Positions 12,123 through 24,000 of a stretch of 64,000 nt of DNA are shown one piece after another (the first letter of the stretch is position 1; each line of letters opens with the position of its first letter). Source of the stretch: Amoebophrya sp. A120. Its lineage: Eukaryota > Protista > Dinoflagellata. Under the pieces are notes generated by a model. It was not told the origin of the DNA, searched no databases, and saw nothing but the letters and a program-made list of their open reading frames with translations. Made by a program: the position numbers and the translations under genes. The stretch spans positions 378,398 through 442,397 of the forward strand of contig CAJINV010000006.1 in NCBI GenBank assembly GCA_905178155.1. Reading direction: 5' to 3'.

Positions 12123-15100
12123 TCACTCCCCAAATGGTTCTTCTTCGTCATTCATGTCGTCCTCTTGCCCAACATCGTCATCCAGCATAGCATATCAAGT
12201 GCAAATATCCCTGGATTTCTGGAAGAATGCAACTTGTGATGCTGCATTTGGACTCCAAAAAAATCTGTATTGCGTGAGCAGCAGAGGGCATGTAATTTTT
12301 GCAGTACGCGGAGAATGCTTTTGTCATGCGGAATAGGCATGATCAAGAGGCCCTCAAAACATTTGTGATGCTAGGGCACGCATCAAAGATCGATCATGAC
12401 GCAGACGCATGCAAAACGTGCATGACAAGTCGCAGAATCTTCCAGACCCAGACATACTTGCAATTGATAGAGCACCACCACCGTGGTCTTCCTCGTCTTC
12501 TTCCCCGTGGTTCAGATTTCCGTCGACATCCTCGCCATGCAGCATTGCGTCTTCATTTGGAAGAAACTCCTCGTCGTCCTATGACAGTGCACAACCCCCC
12601 CTCGTCCCCCTCATTTGTATTGCATGAACGACAGTACAAACGCCAGCAACTACCCTGGAGCCTGTGCGTGACAAATTTATGTGCCTGCTGTAGTAGTACT
12701 GTTTGGGCTTTCGAAATTTGTCATGCAAAGAGTACCACAGGGAAGCAACTGGATTTGGGATTTTGCATGACAATTGAGGGGGGGGAGTTCGTGTGCACTG
12801 TCATACGTCCTCGTCCTCGCCCCCGTCCTCTTCGCTCCACCAGTCCACCATCCCGAGCCCGGTCCCGTAGCACGCACCGAAGATGTTCATGGGGGAGCAC
12901 TTGCAGTCTTGCTTCTGCATCTGCTCTATCAAATGCAAAAATGTCTGGGTCTGGAAGAGTCATGCTATTTTTGCATGACACAGAAGGTCTGGCATGAAAG
13001 CTCTAGCATCACAGGTTTAGAGAAGCTTCCGCAATGCCAAATCCGCATGACAAATCCCTCACTTTGGTGACAGAAACTGGGCAGCTTTTGCTACCTATGC
13101 ATGAGAGATTTTTCTGTGTTCTGAAATGCGCATCACAAGTTACATCCTTCCAGACCCAGGCATTTTTGCATTTGATATGCTCCAAACTTGCGAACTGCAC
13201 GTCCTTGACGTGAAACCGGATCCGTCCGTTCACGCGGTACTCCAGTAAGCTGCATCCTATGTAAAAACGTGCCCACCCCGTAGTCAAGATGGGAAATCTG
13301 CTAGACAAATCTACCAGCTTTGGTCACTCCGCATGACAAGTTCGGCCTCGTCGCGTAATGCTGTTTAGCTATCTCCAGCAGCATCACAGATCTAGCATAT
13401 CATGCTGCTTCGAGCATCACAAATTCGAAGACGCAATTAGACAATGCTTCTCATGGGGCTCCGCATGAGAAACATTTTTACCACGCAGATTTGCATGACA
13501 ACTACCAGCCATGCCCCGGCTGACGCCGGGGCGCAAGGCTGTTGGGGCGGGGCAGGACTATTTGCGGATCGGGCCACAACGACAGGGCTTTACGGACAGC
13601 GTGACAGATCGAAGGAAGTATCGGCGCCGGTTTGCTCCATGTCAACCCGCAGGGCCTCCTGCGCGCTTCCCGCGCCTTCAGGCGCTATGCGCAGGGAGCA
13701 GCTGCAGCGAGGCTTGGGGGCGAAGAGAAGCCGCCTCGGCATAGGTGCCGAAGCAGAACTGGGACCGCGTTGCCCTTTGTTGATCACACACACGCCCGCC
13801 CCCGCCCGACTGGCTCCCCGGCGGAAACTGTTGGCGCGAGAGGGTCCGCGAGAGGTTGCGCGAGAGGGTAGCGCGAAAGGTGTGGGCCTGCGCCATGAAA
13901 CAGTCCCACCAAAATCGGCCTCGTGCCGGGCGGATTCGGTTCTTTTTTACCCTCTCGCGCGCCCTCTTTTTGGCCTCTCCCCAGAGGTTTTGCTAATAGT
14001 CCGGCTATACTCGCCGGTAGAGGTCTACAGAGGTGGCCGAGAGGTGGCCCAGAGGGTGCGCGAAGGGTTCGCCCTTATTCGCGCAACCTCTCGGAACCTC
14101 TGTCCCCCTCTCGCTTACCCTCCCCCGACCCTCTCGGCCACCTCCGTCCCCCATAGGCGCGGCTTTAGGGCGACCGGTTCGGCTGGCTATACCCGCGCCA
14201 CCTCTCGGCCACCCTCCCGAATGACCTCCCGCGCCACCTCTCCACCTCTGTGGACCTCTTTTTGACCTCTTTTCACCTCTTTTTGACCTCTCGGCCACCT
14301 CTCTTCTATCCTCTGTAGACCTCTTTTTTCGCATGAATATAATAGATAGTAATGGGGTGGGGACGTTTTTACATAGGATAAGCTGTCCGGCATTAGACCG
14401 CCGTCGCTCGCCGTCACCGCCTCCGCAAAGAGCTTGCCGCGGTTATTGAGAGGAAAAATCCCCCCTCCCCATATCGAAGAGGTATGTTTTCGGAAATTTG
14501 TCTTGCTGATTTGAGACCACAAATCACGTCTGTCTTGCAAGAAGACAGCTCCACAGGCTCTGCCGCATTGTGCAGGCGGTTTGTGATGCTATCGGGCCTA
14601 CAGCATGGACGTTACTCATGCTAAGCGCCTAGGCCAGAAGCTCTCTACTCAGGCTTGGCAGGAGCCTGCTGTCCTCTACTGCAAGACAAACCTGATTTGC
14701 ATACGCAAATCCAGCATCAGAAACTTTTTTTTGATATGGGGAGGGGGGATTTTTCCTTGTGATAGCGGTTGGTGATTTGCTGGCTGTCCCAGAACCACTT
14801 CCCGGCGGTATTGTTCAGCGGATTACTTTATGCCTTGCAAATATGTCTGCGTCTGGAAACTTGTGATGCTGGGTGGGGTATCATGAGGAGGCCACAAGTG
14901 CTGGCTCAGCATGACAGGTTTCTGAGCTTCTAGGTGCTGCCTATTCTGCATGACAAACTGCGTCGCTGCATGACAGAAAAATGGAACTCTTGTGTAACGT
15001 GCATGACAGATGTAAGAGGCATGCCAGACAAGCATGACAAACATGCATTCTTCCAGACCTCCAGAGATATTTGCATTTCATATACTTTTCCCTCCCGCTG

Positions 15101-17490
15101 GTCCACCTGGGGAAAAATCGTCATCGTCGTCAGCACCGTGGTCGAAGGCGTGGTCAACATTACTATCAGCGCTCGCTCTTTCGGGCAGTTTGGCGAGCAC
15201 ACTTTTCAAACCCTCAAACTCCGCCTTCTCCTCGCTCACTACAGCTTGATCTGCGTATCAAAAGGAAAAATCCCCCCTCCCCATATCGAAAACGAAATTT
15301 GTGATGCTGTATTTGAGTACACAAATCGACTTGTATTGCTAGAAGGCCAGGGGCCGCAGTTGTGGCCTCGTTTGCAGGCGATTTGTGATGCTGATTTTCA
15401 ATTCCAGCTGCCTCCTGTCATGCTGAAGATGCAAAGCTTTCCCATGCAGCCCAGTACTAAAGTCTGCACCTTTTCCCTTGTAGCATGACAAAGCTGATTT
15501 GTGACCACAAATCTCCATCACAGATTTGCGTTTTGATGTGGGGTGGGGGCATTTTGCATTGTAATACTGCGGCGGCGGCGGCGGTGGTCATCATCCCGTC
15601 TTCATTTTCATCAACTTCAGCCGCCCCTCCGCTGCCGCGTCGTCTGCGCATTCTATTTTTGCGCATCTTCTTGTTGTGGTTTCCGCGATTTTTGTCCAGA
15701 TTGCCACCCCCTACTAGGTTCTTGTTCACGCTCTCAATAATGCGCGCCGTGCTGTTGGTGATGACCGATTTTAGTCGGTGCGTCGGCTTAGGCAGCGCTT
15801 CGTCGGAGTCTTGCCCGTTTGATAGCCCGGGGCTATAAGGTTTGTTTGTTCCTCCTTGTTCTGCAGTTGCCGTGTCTACCGCAACCAGAGCCAGCTCAGT
15901 GCTCGGGTGGAGGTTTTCGTCCTGTGCACCATCTTCGACCTCCATCTCATCACGATCATCGCCCTCCCCCCCGTACTGGTTCGAGGTCGTCCCAGCACTA
16001 GCGGTTGCTTTCAGCACCTCGAGCTTCTCGGTTTCGCAAAACACCGAGACGTCCTGGAGATCCCGGCGGGGAAGAAACACGGAGTGAAAATTCACGTATC
16101 CTGTGCAAAAGTATCGTATTCGTATTGCGATCACGCATTACAACTCCTTTTCTTAAAGGCAAATCCGCATTGCAAATTTTATTTCTCATGCTGAGGAAAT
16201 TTGTAATGCATCTATACGACTACGATCCTTTTGCAGTGCATATCACGCCCATCACCCCAATTTTCAGCCCGGACACGGTGGACTCGATGACTTTTCCCTC
16301 CAGAACATCGCCGATCTCGGGGCGGAAGATGATCAACGTGAAGCAAACCCGGAAAATGACGCCGCCGTTGAAATTATCCTGAGGAAAAACGTACCCACAC
16401 CATAGTCAAGATGGGGAATCGGCTAGACAAATCCACAAGTTTTGGCTGTTTTGCATGACAAATTTGGATTCGTAGTGTAGTGCTGTTTGAGCTAGCTCAG
16501 CAGCATCACAGATCTAGCATACCATGCTGCTTGGAGCATGACAAATTGCAAAACACGACTAGAAAATGCTTCTCATAGGGCTCCGCATGAGAAACATTTT
16601 CAACCATGCAGATTTGCATTACAACTCTGGTGTGGGTACGTTTTTACTCAGGATAGAAATGCTTGCCCCCGTCGGACACCGGGATCAGATTGTTTCCGTT
16701 GTGAATCCTATGCAAGAAAAAAGCGGTGCAAGTGTAAGACTGTGATGCAGGAAATGCAGAAGTGTATACGCTTGTCATGCTGGATGTGCGCCATAGGCAA
16801 CTTTCATGCGTGTTTCCACGTGCTAGCTGCGCATGACAGGTTTATTTCCCTGTAATGCAAAACGAACTTGTGATGCTGTTTTTCCTACAAAGTTACACTT
16901 ACACAGTTTTTTTTCCTTGATAAATCGCGGTGATCTTTTCCGCGTGCAGGCAGTAGCCGTGCTTGGGCAGCACCCGGTCCGCGTACTTCTCATTCAGCTT
17001 CTTAAACAGCTGGTACTTAATCCGCAACTGCCTCTGTAATTTTATATTACGCGGGACGGGCCTTGCGGCCGCTGCCCTGGTATTTTCGTGGTCGAGGGAG
17101 TTGTCGTCAACTGTGGATGGGTATGCATTGCAAATATGTCTGGGTCTGGAAGAATGCAGGAGTTTGTCATGCAGATTTTGCATGACTCATGAGGTCAGCG
17201 ATGCATGCCCTAGCACCATCAGAGATTCCGCGCGGGCTTTCTGATGCTCATACCGCATGAGAAATGCCCTCTCCGCGTAGCAAAAATTGCATCTCTGCTG
17301 CTGTTCATGCAATTTACAGATATTGTGTGGAGATCAAAGGTAGCATCACAAGTTCCATCCTTCCAGACCCAGACATATTTGCGGTTGATAATGGGGTCGT
17401 GGTGCTGCCTGTCGTGAGGGAGGAAGGCAAAGGCGGGAACTCCTTCGGGGAGAGGAGAATGTCGTCCTGTAGCTCGATTTGGGTAAACAT
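12123..17490 (-). CDS. RPC8: DNA-directed RNA polymerase III subunit RPC8/RPC25 (Rpb7-like) with long low-complexity insertions and an acidic tail, 11 introner introns
   Basis: Spliced product: MFTQIELQDDILLSPKEF...KKLNEKYADRVLPKHGYCL...VCFTLIIFRPEIGDVLEGKVIESTVSGLKIGV...VFLP...KWFW...RIRFHVKDVQF...PMNIFGACYGTGLGMVDWW (the GLGxxxWW end motif of RPC25). Introners: 17122-17390, 16709-16922, 16375-16655, 16097-16242, 15256-15566, 14829-15082, 14444-14764, 13253-14380, 12927-13177, 12580-12805, 12193-12469. Confidence 0.88.
12927..13177. mobile_element. Introner family A representative (~45 copies, mostly 250-300 bp)
   Basis: TIR TATNNNNTGCAAA(A/T)ATGTCTGGGTCTGGAA; TSD TGCTC. Other copies include 1140, 9989, 14829, 17122, 22319, 32570, 51717, 52279, 56265, 62793, 63681. 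Several internal subfamilies. Confidence 0.95.
13505..14346 (-). mobile_element. Non-autonomous Helitron-like element (842 bp) nested in a family-D introner
   Basis: On the minus strand it starts TCTATTATATTC after an A and ends CTGG before a T. A perfect 8-bp-stem hairpin (GCCCCGGC-TGAC-GCCGGGGC, 13513-13532) lies 8 nt from the 3' end. No TSD or TIR. It interrupts the right arm of introner 13253-14380. Confidence 0.65.
14444..14764. mobile_element. Introner family E representative (~10 copies, ~311-328 bp)
   Basis: TIR TAT....AGGAAAAATCCCCCCTCCCCATATC; TSD GCGGT. Others at 15256, 19340 (divergent), 24999, 25695, 28608, 43186, 49013, 56593, 60596. Confidence 0.93.
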
Positions 17491-18743
17491 CGTTGTCGAT
17501 TGGCTATGGTTTGGGCTTTCACTTCGCTCGTCGATATATAAATCTTCGAAAATTATCACTGTCGCAGTGGAACCACTTGTAGTCCTACGAGTACGACGAC
17601 TTGGTAGCAGCAAATTATAAGCAGGGCAGACACATCCAATAGAGGTAAAAACTTCTACAGCCGAAGTACTAGTTGTATGCCTTCACTAAAAAGGAGCAGT
17701 AGTCAACAAGAACATACTAGAGTTCGACCTCATCATCAACTCGCCCACGTAGCTACTAGTTCCGCACAACATCGCGTATTATTTTCTTTTTGTGTCGCTG
17801 GTTGTGGTGAAAAAATGAAAAGGAAAACTCAAAGGCCAGAACCAGAAGGAGCAAAATCGGACGGCGTAAAACTAAAAATTGGTGTATGCGTATTTTCAAA
17901 ACTCAATCGCACTCGCAGATTTGAAATCATCTGGATTACAGCACGATCTTCACGAACCAGGTGCTGCAGCCTGATCTCATATTCACAGCGAAGTTGGACT
18001 ACTCAGGTTCATCTTCTAGGATATGTCTGGAGCAGCGTCGCCAGGGGCTGCATCTATGGGGTAGATCGAAAGATCGGCGAATGGAACAAAATCTGGCAGT
18101 AGCAGAACCACGACCGTCGTCCACATGAAGATTTTCGCGACGAGTAAGTATGTACATGATGATGATCTTAATATTGGGACCAAGATGATCCTGGAACAAG
18201 ATTGGAGGAGGTGACACGAGAAAATTCGGAGCTTCAAAAACTTCTTGGACCAAGTCCTACTCAAACGGAACTCCACACGGAACTGGATTTATCGACGGAC
18301 CAATTGGAGCTGCTCCTGCTGCTTTTCTATACTATAAAAATCTGCTATGAGTATGATCAAGATCATCGTTTTTGCAGCGTGTTCGTGTTGCGCACAAGAT
18401 CGCTTGCATTGCCCTTGCGGGGCCACAACACGATCTTTATTTACTTACTTGCAGCGGAGGGCAGGATGAACATCAGACTCAGAGTCGTGCGCCACTCCCA
18501 CGACATTAAGCCGCCGCTGAAGGGCACCAAGTCCAACAAATCCACGGCCGATCGCTGATAAAAAAAGAACACAGAGAGCAGAGTTAGGTGCTTTTTGCTG
18601 CCTTCTACATTTACTCCATTTACCATTTCATGACAAAGTCTATCAAACCTACAACCTGATCCGTGCTGGTGGCAATAAAGGCAGAAGTTGGGCTGATTTC
18701 AGTGAGCGCGTGCTATCTTGTAGTACTGCTTTCCAAAAAATCT

Positions 18744-20009
18744 TCACAAGTCATCTTCTTCGGAATCCACTTCAGGGCACTCGTCCTGCTCCGCGCAAAA
18801 TGTTATGCATCGCAAAAGTACTACCGTAGCCGTTGCGGTTGCCGCACTATCCGAACTTGTATGGCAACTTTTTTATTTCTGAGAATAATAAAAAGTCACG
18901 CAGAGCCAGGTTGTTGTAAAGGGCATCTAGTGGTAGTGCTACTGCTACTTTCAAGCGTGATTGCATAACAACTACGAGTACGATACTTTTGCAGAAGGTA
19001 AATTTCCCGCCCATCGGTTCCTTCAATGAGAGCGCGTCCAGAAAATCTGGCCCCAGCTTTTCGACCAAGTCCTTGTATCCAAAAACAAAAAGTGTGTCTG
19101 TAATGCAAATCATGCAACACAGTTACACGTGTCATGCTGGCCAGCCATGGGAGGCTATTATTTCATCACCACGTTAACAGTTATCAACATTTGGCATGCT
19201 GGATTGCATGCGTGCTGTCCTTGGCTAGCTTCATCTTCGCGTACATACTATCTGCGCATGACAAGTTTTTGCTGTCATACACTATAGCCACACTCTTTTT
19301 TCCTGGAAGATACCTCGCAGTCAAACTTCAGTGTCGGCATATTACAATGAAAAATACCCCCACCCCCCCAGCTTGGCAGCATTTGTATTGCAAACCTTTC
19401 CAACAGAAACATTCCCCGTCTCGCATATCTCAGCATCACAAGTTTTCCATGCTGAATAGGTCAAATTTGTGTTGCGAAGTAGCCCAACAGCAGCTGGATC
19501 TGTTATGCACAAGGCACCTTGCGCTTGCGCACCTAGAGCCAGATTCTGCATCACTAACGCTCGTAATCCTTTTATGCGAACACAAAAAGCTTTCATTTGG
19601 AAACTTTGCATGACAAACTTCTGCAAATTCCGGGGTGGGGGCATTTTTCACTGTAATATGGCAGGTGCAACGCGTACTGCTTGGGGTTCGGCAGTTGTGC
19701 GAGCGAGTTCTGGATGCAGGTGCGCTTCTGCAGTTTGTGCAGAAATTTCTGCCTAGATTCGCTGTCGTAGGACACTTTCTCCTTTTGGTACAAGGTTTTC
19801 GCTCGGTTCGCCAGCTCCTTGCAAATCTCACACCGCAGCCCCGACGCGCCATCACGGTACTTTTCGGCGTTGACGAGATAAGGAAAACGTCGGAGAGCAG
19901 CAGGTGAAAAAAGGTCGACACAACCGAGCAACGAGCACGTGACGGCGAGAAAGCACGAAAAGAAACAAAAACTCTGCGCACCCCGTGGCGTTGTTGATCT
20001 CGACGGCAT
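18744..20009 (-). CDS. Small secretory-pathway protein with a saposin-like six-Cys pattern and C-terminal EDDL, 3 introner introns
   Basis: MPSRS...FCFFSCFLAVTCSLLG (signal-like)...CEICKEL...RTC...FDCEDLVE...FCAEQDECPEVDSEEDDL*. Introners 19340-19658, 19076-19312, 18804-19000, each with a 1-nt TSD mismatch; frame restored. Confidence 0.7.
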
Positions 20010-21031
20010 GGTTAGTATGTGTATCAACGTGTGCTGTGTGATGGGCTGTAAGAGTTGTAATTGGAGGTCTACTAAGGGCAATCTTAATGCTCCTGAGCAG
20101 GAGACCTGGAACTAGATAAAGGCTCGGCTCGAAGTTGGACAACAAACATCACTTCTCACGTAAAACTGAAAATTATTATGGTGTTTCGGCATCTTCACGG
20201 AATCCGGAAGGGTGATCGATGCGATGCGCGGACACCCAAGCTGTGACAAGTAGCTTCTGATGAAGAACAGAGGCACGACGCTCTTGGCGCACTTATTGCC
20301 CTGTACAGAGAAACAGATTGGGGGAGCGCAATCATGTTCCCAAAGTTCCTACAAGTAGATTTCGTTTAACGAAAAATCCGAATCCGTGGTAAGTCCCTAA
20401 AACTTCCTGTGCATACGTGCTGTCATAATTCGCTAGTATTTTTGATCCGTAAATCTCGATATTAAATACCTTCTGCTATGCAAAACTTGTCGCGGCCTAA
20501 AATAACCTCGCTAGCATCCCAACATCTACTTCCACCATCAACTGCACTTCTTTCAACAAAAAAATCCTGGTGCTTGGCTTCAGTCTGGTTGCACCGTGCG
20601 GCTTCTTGTGTGGGAAAATAGCAGCTTCTACGATACTGTGCATCTAGTACTTGGAGGTCTAGCTACAAATTCGTGCTGCAGGTAAAAATTCTATTCCTGA
20701 CATTTCAAATGGTAAGAGTGTTCATGTTGAGTTTGGTTGTGTTTTTAAGCACATCCCCTAGTTCCAGCTTCATGTACAGTGGTTCTACTTGGAGTTCTTT
20801 ATATACTTAGTGCTTGGAGTTGTACGCAAGACTTTGCAGAGCAGTCTGTTGTTTTAGTTTTTTCTTTAATTTTCTGCATCATTCGGTGCCTCGTATTCTT
20901 CTTCTTCACGAAAGTCGTAGCCATTATTAATTCAAGTAATCGAAGGACGACAGCTTCCGGGTCCGTCGTCCCATGGTGCCCTTTAAAAAAACCGAGGCGT
21001 AGTTCCTGTAAGTCAAGAAGAAAAAAAATCC

Positions 21032-24000
21032 TTATCGTCGACAGCCCGCTAGGAAGCCCTCCTCCTCCTCCTCTTTTTCCGTGTTGATGGCTTGCATGGT
21101 CTGTTCGGATTGCTGCTCCTGCATGAGTATCAAATGCAAACATGTCTGGGTCTGGAAGAGTGCCAGGCTTGTCATGCAGGTTTTCCATGACCCATGAGGT
21201 CTGGTATGTAGGACCTAGCATGACAGACTCTGATGTGAGAGTTCTATCATGCCTATCCTGCATGAGAAACTGCCTCTCGATTAGGTCAAAAGTGGACAGC
21301 TTTTGGTAATCATGCAAAAATCTGTGTTGCCAACACAGATTGTTACATGATTCAGATGGAGCATGACAAGTTGCAACCTTCCAGACCCAGACATTTTTGC
21401 ATTTGATAATGGCCTCCATCTCTCCCGGGCTCATTATGGGGTTCTCAAATCAGTTACACTCTCAACTGTTACATGAATTTGTAATGCAAGAATGGCAAAA
21501 GTGCAAGGCAGAAGATTGCGCATTTTGCATTACAAGAAGTTGGGCGCATATTATAATGCTATCTAGTGCGTCGAGAACTTGTCATGCGAAGCAGCCTGGT
21601 CCTGTAGATATGTACTGCAGTTTTGCATTACAAACTCATGCAGCAGTTGAGAATGTAACAGTTGAGAACGCCATACTCATGGGGTCCGCCTTGTCGCCGC
21701 CCTCCGCCACCCAGTTATCCGTATCCAGTGCAAAAGTATCGCACTCGTAGTTGTAATTGCAATTATGCATTACAAATCTTTTTCCTAACGTCAATCAGCA
21801 TTACAAATTCCATTTCTCATGTTGAGGAAATTTGAAATGCAACTCATACTAGTACGATGCTTTAGCGTTTTCAATTCATAATCCGCTTCTTCGGTCAACT
21901 TGGACGCGTTCAGTTCGAGGGACTCCTGCCGCTTGTCGCACAACTCTTCTGTCTATGACAGCGCACAACTCCCCCTCCCCCTAATTTGTATTGCTAATAT
22001 TGCATGGACATCAATACAAACACCCGCATCTAAGGAGACTGTGCATGATAGGTTCATGCGCGTAATGTAGTACTGTTTGGGATTCCGGAATCTGTCATGC
22101 GAACAATGCCACAGGGCAGCGCTTGGATTTGGTATTTTGCATGACAAATGAGGGGGAGGGGGAGTTGTGCACTCTCATACTGTCTTGTCATCGCCAAGGT
22201 CCTTGCAGTCCGCGTCGCCCTCGTATTCTCTTTTTTTCTGCTCTCTTCGAGCTATTTCCAGTGCCGAGGAAGATGATGATACTAGTGCAGCTCCCGGGGA
22301 TTTCTTTTCATGTGCAGCTATCAACTGTAAAAATGTCTGGGTCTGGAAGATTCTGAGATTTGTCATGCATATTTTGCATGCTCCAGGATGTTTGTAATGC
22401 GCGACCTAGCACCACAGGTTCTTCGAGAGCTTCCTGATGCCTACTCCGCATGACAAAAGCCCTTCCCACGTAGCAGAAGCGAGACCTCTCTTGCTGGTCA
22501 TGCAATACAGATTCTTTTAGAGTCCAAAGTTAGCATCACAAGTTGCATTCTTCCAGACCCAGACATTTTTACACTTGATAGCAGCGGTCGAGGATTTACT
22601 TCCCTGTCCTGATCGAGCAACAACCTTCTCTGCTGCAGTCGAGGGGTTTGCCGCAGTAGTTGGCTCGTCGATTTTCATCCCGAGAGATGGAGTTGTTGTG
22701 CTCGAAGCTGTACTTCTTTCTTGCGCGGGCGAAAGAGATGAACTCGCATCCACCGCAGCAACCATCAACTCGCCACTGGGTCCCAGTTGCGTGCTCGAGA
22801 GGGCCGGGGCCAAAGCTGGTGTTTCAGTTTCCCCGCCGGTCTTTCCTTCATTTTTTGTGCTGGTGGGGGCTGAAGATGCTGCATACTGGTCTCCTGTGGT
22901 CTTCACCTGTTGCGCAACTCGTTCCTCTCGCGGGACGACCTTCGTCCGCTTTTGCAACGCGGATGATTCTATCAAATGCAAAAGTATCGTACTCGCATTG
23001 CGATCATGCGTTACAAGTCTTCATCTTAAGCTAAATTCGCGTTACAAATTTTATTTCTCATGCTGAGGAAATTTGTAATGCATTTATACGAGTACGATAC
23101 TTTTGCAGTTTATAGATTCGTCTCCCTCGCCTTCCCCTCCTTCCTCCCCCCCTTCCTCGCCCGCCGTTATCCTGTCGAAAAACGGTGCCCACTACACCCC
23201 GGACTTGTAATGCAAATCTGCAAATCTAAAAATGTGTGCTCATGTGCATGATCCACGTGAGAAACAGCTGCTAAGTAAAAATGCTGTCTGGGAGTGCGTC
23301 ATGCTAGAGTCAGGATGTTGAGGCGATTGCAGCTGCACCAGATATTAAACACAATTTTACATTGCTCGCCCAAGTTTCTCATGCGCAGCAGCTAAAACTT
23401 GTCGATTTGATAATTACCCGATTCTACTCCATCTTGTCTCTGGGAAGATGGTGGGCCCGTTTTTGCTCAGGTTAGCCGTCTCCTCTGCCGCCTTGTCCTC
23501 TGCCTCGGCCGCTTCTTTGTCGGCCGCGATGCGTTCCTTGGCTTTTTTCGTTTTCTCGCTGTCATCCTTGGCTTGACTCTCCTCTTCGTCCTCCTGCTGA
23601 AAAAGTGCCAGGCAGTTGGAGACAAACTCCATGTATCAAGTGCCAATATGTCTCGGTCGGGAAGATCATGCTGTTTTTGCATGACATAGAAGGTCATGGA
23701 TCGTTCCAGCATCACAGGTTTCGAGGCAGATCCGCAATGCCTAATCCGCATGACAAATCCTCCACTTTGTTGACAGGAAATGGACAACTTTTGCTGCCTC
23801 TACATGAGAGATTTGTGTTGAGTTGTGATAGGCGCTTCACAAGTGCGCACCCATCCAGACCCATACATATTTGCAATGCATACCATGTACGCCGTGTAGT
23901 CTTTGGATTCGTTGCGGCGGCACTTCGCCAGCAGTTCATGGCACTGGCGTCGCTCCAAACGTTTGCGCAGCTTCACCAAATTGGCCTCTCGGAGAGCGAA

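Noticed and set aside
13444-14265. 273-aa ORF as a possible transposase
   Set aside because: It is a GC-rich low-complexity frame across the nested Helitron-like insert with no DDE, HUH or helicase motifs. No autonomous element was seen in the window.
18441-18626. Possible extra exon after a pyrimidine-rich AG
   Set aside because: The saposin-like gene already stops at 18744 with EDDL; at most this is a 3' UTR intron.
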